A stretch of 64,000 nucleotides of DNA from an uncultured Pseudomonadales bacterium (GTDB lineage: Bacteria > Patescibacteriota > Microgenomatia > UBA1400 > UBA1396): positions 13,716 to 77,715 of the forward strand of contig CAZEEI010000003.1 of NCBI GenBank assembly GCA_964511175.1, in the 5' to 3' direction. Below are positions 8,581-15,790 of the stretch, in pieces. Every line of letters starts with the position of its first letter. Position 1 is the first letter of the stretch. The translations under genes were made by a program, and so were the position numbers. The notes under the pieces are model-generated. The model did no database searches. It had not been told where the DNA came from and saw only the letters and a list, made by a program, of their open reading frames with translations.

Positions 8581-9243
8581 ATGGATAATCAGCCGCCAGT
8601 ACCGGTGGGTACCCCAATATCTAGTACGCCGCCGCCCCAACCAATAGCACAGATTTTTCAACCCCAAGACGTTCACGCCAACGTCAATGTTAGTGTTGTG
8701 CCGCGCGAAAACGGCTGGGTACAAACTGCTCCCGTTGATCCAGCTACACTTGGTTCCACGGACGTTGTTCCACCGGTTGTTATGCCTGCACCTCAGCCTA
8801 CTGCACCGCTACCAATCGAACCAGTTGTCCAGCCTCCGTCGGTTCCCCAACCAGAATCACCGGCCGTACCACCACCACAAGCAGAAGAAAAGCCGTCCGC
8901 CGCAGACGAAGGCAAGCCAGCCAAAGGCGACGAGGATAAATCACCACTTGAGATTCTCGAAGAAATTTTGGCCAATGCCGGTGAGGAAAAGGCCGAGCAA
9001 GAGAAAGAGGCCGCTGCTAAAAAAGCAGCTGCTGATCAGGAAAAGGCTGCCATGGCCGCCAAAGAAGCGCAGTTTAAGGAGGAAGCCGCCCAAAAAATCG
9101 CCGCCATCGCGCCGGAACTACAAGCCGCGCAGCAGCAGCGCGACAATATCGATGCCCAGCACCCAGAGGCTAAAAGCGATCAGTTGACGCCAGACCTAAC
9201 CATCAACCAACTGCGCCACGAAACGACGCTTAAGTCCGAATAA
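8581..9243 (+). CDS. Proline-rich, low-complexity protein with an Ala/Glu/Lys-rich coiled-coil C-terminus; start assigned to an internal ATG
   Basis: PxxP-rich N-terminal half followed by AEEKA-type repeats. The track ORF starts at 8416, but 8416-8580 overlaps a conserved non-coding module. Confidence 0.6.
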   Translation: MDNQPPVPVGTPISSTPPPQPIAQIFQPQDVHANVNVSVVPRENGWVQTAPVDPATLGSTDVVPPVVMPAPQPTAPLPIEPVVQPPSVPQPESPAVPPPQAEEKPSAADEGKPAKGDEDKSPLEILEEILANAGEEKAEQEKEAAAKKAAADQEKAAMAAKEAQFKEEAAQKIAAIAPELQAAQQQRDNIDAQHPEAKSDQLTPDLTINQLRHETTLKSE

Positions 9244-9300
9244 CTAATTATCTTAATTAGTCACAATCGACCATAAGCTATAATAACTAAAATAAACAGC

Positions 9301-10533
9301 ATGGATATCTATAACACCTTAACACAATCGGTTGAAACCATTAGTAATCTACCAAACAAGAACAAATTTGGTGTTTATACTTGTGGTCCCACCGTTTACG
9401 ACTACGCCCACTTAGGTCATATGCGCAAGTACACTATGGATGACATTTTGCTGCGCACGCTGCGACTAGCCGGTTTTCCGGTTAAGCACGTTATGAACAT
9501 TACTGACGTCGGCCACCTGGTTTCTGATGCCGATACCGGCGAAGATAAAATGGAGAAAGGCGCCCGCCGGACGGGTAAAACCGTTTGGGAAGTGGCCAAG
9601 TTTTTTGAGGACGACTTCTGGCGTAAGTTTGATCTGATGGGTCTGATTCGCCCGGACATTGCGCCCCGCGCTACCGACCATATCCCGGAGCAGATCGAGT
9701 TAGTCCAAGCTTTGGAGAAAAATGGCTTCACCTACGTTATACCTGGCGATGGTGTGTATTTTGATACCAGTAAAGACCCACACTACGGTGAACTGGCCCA
9801 TCTTAAACTCAGTCAACAACAGGAGGGGGCGAGGATTGGTGTAGTTGAAGGTAAGCGCAATGCCAGCGATTTTGCCTTATGGAAGTTTTCACCTCAAGAT
9901 CAACAGCGACAAATGGAGTGGGAATCGCCTTGGGGGATTGGTTTCCCGGGTTGGCATATCGAATGTTCCGCTATGAGTATGAAATATTTGGGTTCGCAGT
10001 TCGCCCTACATACTGGTGGTATTGACCATATTCCCGTTCATCACCCTAACGAAATTGCTCAAGCCGAAAACGCCACCGGTAAAAGACCCTTTGTGCGTTA
10101 CTGGGTACACCACAACTTTTTGCGGATCGATGGACAAAAAATGAGTAAGTCTCTGCAGAACTTCTACACTTTGGAAGACATTGTGGCCAAAGGATTTTCA
10201 CCGATGGCTCTCAAATTGCTTTTCCTGCAGGCGCATTACCGTGACGAGCTGAACTTTACCTGGGACAGTTTGGCGGCGGCGCAAAAAGGTTACGAGCGGC
10301 TACAACGGCAGATCCAGAAATTACTGGCGGCGGCGGGTTACCAAAATCTCGAAGAAGTGCCAGATTTGGTGGGAGAACCATCGCCGGAACTGGCGCGCTT
10401 TATCGAGTTAATGGAAAATGACCTGAAGACGCCGCAGGCACTGGCGATCATGTGGGGAACGCTTAAGGGTGCCAGTTCAGCTGAGTTGCCGGATTTGAAG
10501 CGGATGTTGGGGTATTTTGGGTTAGAGGTATAG
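9301..10533 (+). CDS. cysS: Cysteinyl-tRNA synthetase (class I); short form of 410 aa
   Basis: HIGH-type motif (HLGHMR), KMSKS, and CysRS zinc-binding cysteines. Confidence 0.85.
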   Translation: MDIYNTLTQSVETISNLPNKNKFGVYTCGPTVYDYAHLGHMRKYTMDDILLRTLRLAGFPVKHVMNITDVGHLVSDADTGEDKMEKGARRTGKTVWEVAKFFEDDFWRKFDLMGLIRPDIAPRATDHIPEQIELVQALEKNGFTYVIPGDGVYFDTSKDPHYGELAHLKLSQQQEGARIGVVEGKRNASDFALWKFSPQDQQRQMEWESPWGIGFPGWHIECSAMSMKYLGSQFALHTGGIDHIPVHHPNEIAQAENATGKRPFVRYWVHHNFLRIDGQKMSKSLQNFYTLEDIVAKGFSPMALKLLFLQAHYRDELNFTWDSLAAAQKGYERLQRQIQKLLAAAGYQNLEEVPDLVGEPSPELARFIELMENDLKTPQALAIMWGTLKGASSAELPDLKRMLGYFGLEV

Positions 10534-10564
10534 TATTTTTGACCTTAACCTATGATATCTTGTG

Positions 10565-10578
10565 AATATCTAGATATT
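10565..10578 (+). promoter_or_regulatory. 14-bp palindrome AATATCTAGATATT in the hsdM upstream region; candidate operator
   Basis: Perfect core palindrome ATATCTAGATAT about 55 nt upstream of the hsdM start. The downstream HsdM carries an N-terminal HTH domain. Confidence 0.4.
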
Positions 10579-10633
10579 TACAAATCATATTTTTCTGCTA
10601 CAGTGAGCCCATGAGCAAACGAGCAGAAACAAT

Positions 10634-12340
10634 ATGAACAATTCCAACCAGCCCCAATCTCTCCTGTTAAGTATCGGTCAAGTAGCCAAAATCTTTGGTA
10701 TTCATCAAGATACCCTGAGGAATTGGGAAAAAAGGGGAATATTAACACCACTAAGGGTTGGGGCACGTAGAGATCGTCGTTACAAACAGGCAGACATTGA
10801 AAAGATTGTCGACAAAGACCTAGGCAGCTTGTTAGTCGAGATCAGCGAGCAAAAAATAACGCTCACGCAACTTAAACAATTTTTATGGAAAAGCGCCGAC
10901 ATTCTTAGGGGGAAAATCGACAGCAGTGATTATAAAAAGTACATCTTTGGGCTTTTATTTTACAAGCGAATCAGTGATACCTGGGACGAAGAATATCAGA
11001 TAACTCTGGATGAATATCATGATGAGGCGCTAGCCTTAGCTGACTATAATCACCGATTCCAAGTACCCAGGGATTGTCAGTGGTCAGTGATTACTGAGAC
11101 TTCAAAAAATATTGGGCAAAAACTAAACGACATTTTCGATAAGATTACTAATGTAAACAGCCCAAAACTAGATAAGATTTTTGCTGACCTTGACTTTGCC
11201 AACAAAGACCGCTTTCCAAATGAAACACTTCAACGACTAATTAACCACTTCTCTCAGTATAACTTTGGTAATACCTACATTAACTCTGATCTTCTAGGCG
11301 ATGCCTACGAGTACCTTATTGGCCAATTTGCAGCCGATGCAGGTAAGAAAGGCGGAGAATTCTATACCCCCCGCGAAGTTGAGCGCGTCATTATTAATAT
11401 TGTTAAGCCACATCAAAAGGACCACATCTATGACCCCACCGTAGGTTCAGGTGGCTTTCTTCTTGAGGCGTATAACTATCTTAAAAATAAGTCTGGAGAA
11501 CAGATTGCCCGCAGCCTATATCTCTATGGGCAAGAAATCAACCTCAGCACTTTTGCCATTGCCAAGATTAACATGTTCCTGCATGGACTGGATAGCGCCG
11601 ACATTAGGCGTGGTGATACACTGGCTAACCCGCAATTCCTTAACGATGTAGGCAATCTGCAAACCTTTGATATTGTTGTGGCTAATCCCCCATACTCCAT
11701 TAAGGATTGGGAGTTCGAACTATTCAAAAGTGACAAATATGGTCGAACGGAGGGTTTTGACCAGCCACCTAAAAAGAATGCTGATTACGCTTTTGTTCTC
11801 CATATTCTCAAGTCGATGAACGCCAATGGTCGGGCCGGGGTGGTATTACCGCACGGCGTTTTGTTTCGCGGCGGGAGTGAAGGGCGTATCCGTGAGCAAA
11901 TTATTAAAAGTGACCTTTTAGAGGCCATCGTGGCCCTGCCAGCTAAGCTATTCTATGGTACTGGTATTCCAGCCGCCATCCTGATCTTTAACAGAAACAA
12001 GCCGGAACATAAAAAGGGCAAGGTTCTCATTATTGATGGCGAACACGATTATTTGGAAGGTAAAAATCAAAATACGCTCAGGAAACAGGATATAGACAAA
12101 ATTGTTAAGGCTTATGACCAGTATGGGGATGCTGAAAAGTACGCCAAAGTAGTAGGTGTTAAAGAGATTGAAGAAAACGATTTCAACCTCAATGTCAGAC
12201 GCTACATTGACTCGACGGATGAGCAGGAAATGATTGATGTCAAGCAGGTTTGGAGTGAAATTAAACAGTTGGAAATAGAAAGAGACGAGATTGATAAAAA
12301 AGTGACAGGTTTTATTAAGGAGCTAGGCTATGACGATTAA
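10634..12340 (+). CDS. hsdM: Type I restriction-modification methyltransferase subunit HsdM, with an N-terminal MerR/excisionase-like HTH domain
   Basis: HTH at aa 10-60 (IGQVAKIFGIHQDTLRNWEKRG), then an HsdM_N-like helical domain and an N6-adenine methyltransferase with the NPPY motif (VVANPPYS). Confidence 0.9.
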   Translation: MNNSNQPQSLLLSIGQVAKIFGIHQDTLRNWEKRGILTPLRVGARRDRRYKQADIEKIVDKDLGSLLVEISEQKITLTQLKQFLWKSADILRGKIDSSDYKKYIFGLLFYKRISDTWDEEYQITLDEYHDEALALADYNHRFQVPRDCQWSVITETSKNIGQKLNDIFDKITNVNSPKLDKIFADLDFANKDRFPNETLQRLINHFSQYNFGNTYINSDLLGDAYEYLIGQFAADAGKKGGEFYTPREVERVIINIVKPHQKDHIYDPTVGSGGFLLEAYNYLKNKSGEQIARSLYLYGQEINLSTFAIAKINMFLHGLDSADIRRGDTLANPQFLNDVGNLQTFDIVVANPPYSIKDWEFELFKSDKYGRTEGFDQPPKKNADYAFVLHILKSMNANGRAGVVLPHGVLFRGGSEGRIREQIIKSDLLEAIVALPAKLFYGTGIPAAILIFNRNKPEHKKGKVLIIDGEHDYLEGKNQNTLRKQDIDKIVKAYDQYGDAEKYAKVVGVKEIEENDFNLNVRRYIDSTDEQEMIDVKQVWSEIKQLEIERDEIDKKVTGFIKELGYDD

Positions 12341-13154
12341 ACTAGTCATTTTTGAAGAAATCAAGCGCACCAATGAGTACCAATCAGAATATTGGTCGGC
12401 ACGGCAATTAGCCAGGGCTTTGGAGTATAAAGATTACCGCAATTTTGAAACGGTGCTTGGAAAAGCCAAAGAAGCGTGTAAAAACAGTGGTCAATCGGTA
12501 GAAGATCATTTCGGTGATGTCACCGACATGATCGAAGTCGGTAAAACTGCTTCACGAGAAATTAGTGATACCTATCTGTCCCGGTACGCTTGTTATTTGG
12601 TTGTACAAAATGCTGATCCGGCTAAAGAAATAGTCGCTTTGGGGCAAACCTATTTTGCGATCCAAACCAGAAAGCAAGAAGTTCAGGAGCAGCTTGTCGA
12701 AGATCAGAAACGATTGTTTTTGCGGGATGAAGTTACCACGCACAATAAACATCTGGCAGAAACGGCCTCTAAGGCTGGAGTGAAAAACTATGCTGTCTTT
12801 ACTAACTATGGCTATATGGGGTTATACGGTGGTTTGAAAGTGCAGGATCTCCACAAACAGAAGAGGCTTAAGAAGAGCCAGAAGATTTTAGATCACATGG
12901 GTAGTGAAGAGCTGGCAGCCAATTTATTCCGTGCTACTCAAACCGATGCCAAGATTAAGCGGGAGCAGATCCAAGGTGAGGCCAGAGCTAATCAAGCCCA
13001 TTTTGTTGTGGGCAGAAAGGTTAGGCAGACGATTGGAGAATTAGGCGGAACCATGCCGGAGAAGTTGCCAACTCCCGACGGGGTGGGACGGGCAAAGACT
13101 AGAGCTAATAAGTTGGCGGCGCAGAAGAGAAAAGAGTTGGAAAAGTCGACATGA
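12330..13154 (+). CDS. dinD: DinD/RhuM-family protein (DNA-damage-inducible protein D-like), embedded in the R-M operon
   Basis: Strong resemblance to DinD (..YWSARQLA..L.Y.D.RNF..VL.KA..AC..SG.....HF......YLSRYACYLVVQNADP..IALGQTYFAIQTR). Confidence 0.75.
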   Translation: MTIKLVIFEEIKRTNEYQSEYWSARQLARALEYKDYRNFETVLGKAKEACKNSGQSVEDHFGDVTDMIEVGKTASREISDTYLSRYACYLVVQNADPAKEIVALGQTYFAIQTRKQEVQEQLVEDQKRLFLRDEVTTHNKHLAETASKAGVKNYAVFTNYGYMGLYGGLKVQDLHKQKRLKKSQKILDHMGSEELAANLFRATQTDAKIKREQIQGEARANQAHFVVGRKVRQTIGELGGTMPEKLPTPDGVGRAKTRANKLAAQKRKELEKST

Positions 13155-14341
13155 AAAACCAAATGACAAGCAACTGGCAGGCAAAGCAAATTAAGGACTT
13201 GCTCGATTACGAGCGTCCTGATAAATATATTGTTGAAAACACATACTATATTGACTCAGGAACTCCAGTGCTGACCGCTAATAAATCCTTTATTTTGGGT
13301 TATACAGATGAAGAAACAGGTATCTACGATAATGTACCCGCAATAATTTTTGATGATTTTACAACAGACAGTAAATTTGTTGATTTTCCTTTCAAAGTTA
13401 AGTCATCCGCAATTAAAATTCTAAAAGAAAAAAGCAAAGAGGTGGATATAAGGTTTGTATTTGAGAGAATGAAATCCATCAATTTCCCTACAGGAAATCA
13501 TAAGCGATATTATATCTCTCAATACCAAAACATGAAGATTGCAGTACCCTCTTTGCCTATTCAGAAAAAAATATCCAACATTCTTTCTACTATTGATGAA
13601 GCTATTCAAAAAACGGATCAAATAATCAAAAAAACTAAAAAACTCAAGCAAGGGCTAATGAACGAATTACTAACGAAGGGTATTGGGCATAAAAAGTTTA
13701 AAAAGACAAAAATCGGTGAGATTCCTAAAAAGTGGAAAGTAACTTCTATTCTGGATTCTGATATACAAATCATTGACGGCGATAGAGGCCTTAGCTATCC
13801 CAACAAGAACGATTTTTCTAATGAAGGATATTGCTTATTCTTAAGCGCTAGAAATTTTATTGATGATCATTTTGATTTTAGAGAATACGTCTTTATTTCT
13901 AAAGAAAAAGATAATCAACTGAGAAAAGGCAAACTGAAAAAAGGGGATGTCGTTCTCACTACAAGAGGTACTGTTGGAAGTGTGGCAATTTATAATGATT
14001 CAGTTCCATTTGAGGACATTAGAATTAACTCAGGAATGTTAATTTTTCGTGCAGAGGGTGAAATCGACAATAATTTCCTTTATTTTTTACTAAAAAGTCC
14101 GTACTTTAAGGAAAGATATAATCAGTTGGGGTCTGGTTCAGCGCAACCTCAACTTCCGATTAGGAGTTTAAGAAATCTATTAATACCAATACCTACTATT
14201 GACGAACAGCGCGAAATAGCGAGCAAATTATCTTTTTTGGATTTAAAACATGATAAAGAAATTGCACAATTATTGAACTTAAAAATGCTTAAGAGTGGCT
14301 TGATGTACGATATTTTTAACCAGAAAGTACAAATTAACTAA
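13151..14341 (+). CDS. hsdS: Type I restriction-modification specificity subunit HsdS
   Basis: Two target-recognition domains separated by conserved coiled-coil spacers. Very AT-rich. Confidence 0.85.
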   Translation: MKNQMTSNWQAKQIKDLLDYERPDKYIVENTYYIDSGTPVLTANKSFILGYTDEETGIYDNVPAIIFDDFTTDSKFVDFPFKVKSSAIKILKEKSKEVDIRFVFERMKSINFPTGNHKRYYISQYQNMKIAVPSLPIQKKISNILSTIDEAIQKTDQIIKKTKKLKQGLMNELLTKGIGHKKFKKTKIGEIPKKWKVTSILDSDIQIIDGDRGLSYPNKNDFSNEGYCLFLSARNFIDDHFDFREYVFISKEKDNQLRKGKLKKGDVVLTTRGTVGSVAIYNDSVPFEDIRINSGMLIFRAEGEIDNNFLYFLLKSPYFKERYNQLGSGSAQPQLPIRSLRNLLIPIPTIDEQREIASKLSFLDLKHDKEIAQLLNLKMLKSGLMYDIFNQKVQIN

Positions 14342-14342
14342 T

Positions 14343-15215
14343 ATGAGTACATCAAGTAGATTTGACCAATTTTTAAGCAATATCAAACTAACATCTGATC
14401 AACTTGCCGATGCAAAGACTAAGTACGATGGAGTCTGTAAAAAAATACATGATCATTACTATTCGAGTGACTATGATGGTTCTACAAAACTACTTATTGG
14501 TTCTTATGGAAAGAGAACAAATATCCGTCCAGCACGAGATGTAGATGTGATTTTCATGCTTCCAGCCTCTGAATACAAACAATCAACAAATGATTATAAT
14601 TACCAGTCTTCTCTACTGCAAAAGATAAAACGCATTTTAGAAGAAAAATACCCCGATACTGACATTTGTGGCGATGGACCAGTTGTTGTCGTTAATTTTA
14701 GTAACAATCATTTTATTGAAGTAGTTCCTGCCATTGAGTTAACAAATGACAAATTTTATATTCCTTCTACAAGTAGTGGTGGCTACTGGAAGCTTGACGA
14801 CCCTCGAGCTTTATATAGGTTCATCAACGACTCAGACAATAACACCAACGGTAACACACGAAATCTTATCCGTATGATAAAAAAATGGCAGGACTCTTGT
14901 AATGTTCCAGTTAAGTCACTTGTTATAGAAATCAGAGCAGTATTATTTTTAATTGATTATGAATACAAAGATAAAGGTTCTACATACTATGACTGGATGA
15001 TTAGAGATTATTTCAAACAACTCATCGAGAAAACCAACAACACATATATTTTACCTGGATTAACCGAGAAAATTTATTACGGTGATGCTTGGAAATCAAA
15101 AGCAAAGACAGCTTATGCTCGTGCAATAAAAGCCTGTCAGTATGAGTCAGATAAAGAAGAAACATTAGCGGCCGAAGAATGGAAGAAAATATTCGGTGAA
15201 GACTATTGGTATTAA
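14343..15215 (+). CDS. cGAS/DncV-like (SMODS-type) Pol-beta superfamily nucleotidyltransferase
   Basis: hGSYGKRTNIRPARDVDVIFML gives the GS...DxD catalytic pattern, and a third acidic residue lies in the strand HFIEVVPA. The gene sits 1 nt after hsdS and is followed by an overlapping 2-TM partner. Confidence 0.65.
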   Translation: MSTSSRFDQFLSNIKLTSDQLADAKTKYDGVCKKIHDHYYSSDYDGSTKLLIGSYGKRTNIRPARDVDVIFMLPASEYKQSTNDYNYQSSLLQKIKRILEEKYPDTDICGDGPVVVVNFSNNHFIEVVPAIELTNDKFYIPSTSSGGYWKLDDPRALYRFINDSDNNTNGNTRNLIRMIKKWQDSCNVPVKSLVIEIRAVLFLIDYEYKDKGSTYYDWMIRDYFKQLIEKTNNTYILPGLTEKIYYGDAWKSKAKTAYARAIKACQYESDKEETLAAEEWKKIFGEDYWY

Positions 15216-15790
15216 ATATGGACAAAACAAATTTAGAAGTTATCAGGGAGTCTTTCGGCAAAGTTTGCTACTCTCACAAAACTCACGAAAAGGACTGCGA
15301 AATACAATCTAGGTACGCAACAATGGTGAAGTGGGTAAATATCGCTCTAATTGCCACCACGACAGGATCATTACTTAGCACATTGCTTGCTGATCAAAAC
15401 CTGATTGTTGTCAGTGCTATTTTTTCCTCCATCACGCTAGGTTTCAGCATTTTTCAAATCAGCTTTAATCCAGAAAAAAAGGCAGCGAGGTACAAACAGG
15501 TAGCTAACTCCCTGTGGCTTATTAGAGAAAAATACGTAAGCCTAATGGCCGATATTATTAACTCAAGTGTTAAGGAGAAAGAAATTATTAAACGCAGAGA
15601 CGAATTGATGAATGAACTTGATTTTCTTTATAAAGCTGCACCAAGCACCAGTAGCTCTGCATACGAAAAGGCTGGGGTTGCTCTACAGTTAAACGAGGAG
15701 CTTACATTTTCTGATAAAGAAATTAATCAATTCCTCCCAAATAGTTTGCATATTACGAGTCCAAAAAAGAATAAGCATTATGAAATTTAA
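15206..15790 (+). CDS. Two-transmembrane SLATT-like putative effector
   Basis: Two hydrophobic helices (WVNIALIATTTGSLLSTLL and LIVVSAIFSSITLGFSIFQISF) followed by a charged helical tail. Start and stop both overlap neighbouring genes, so it is translationally coupled to the nucleotidyltransferase and to hsdR. Confidence 0.55.
   Translation: MVLNMDKTNLEVIRESFGKVCYSHKTHEKDCEIQSRYATMVKWVNIALIATTTGSLLSTLLADQNLIVVSAIFSSITLGFSIFQISFNPEKKAARYKQVANSLWLIREKYVSLMADIINSSVKEKEIIKRRDELMNELDFLYKAAPSTSSSAYEKAGVALQLNEELTFSDKEINQFLPNSLHITSPKKNKHYEI

Noticed and set aside
12601-12608. Isolated TTGTACAA inside the dinD coding sequence.
   Set aside because: It is a single copy within a codon context (YLVVQNADP), with no partner box or -10 element. 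The expected chance occurrence is about one per window.
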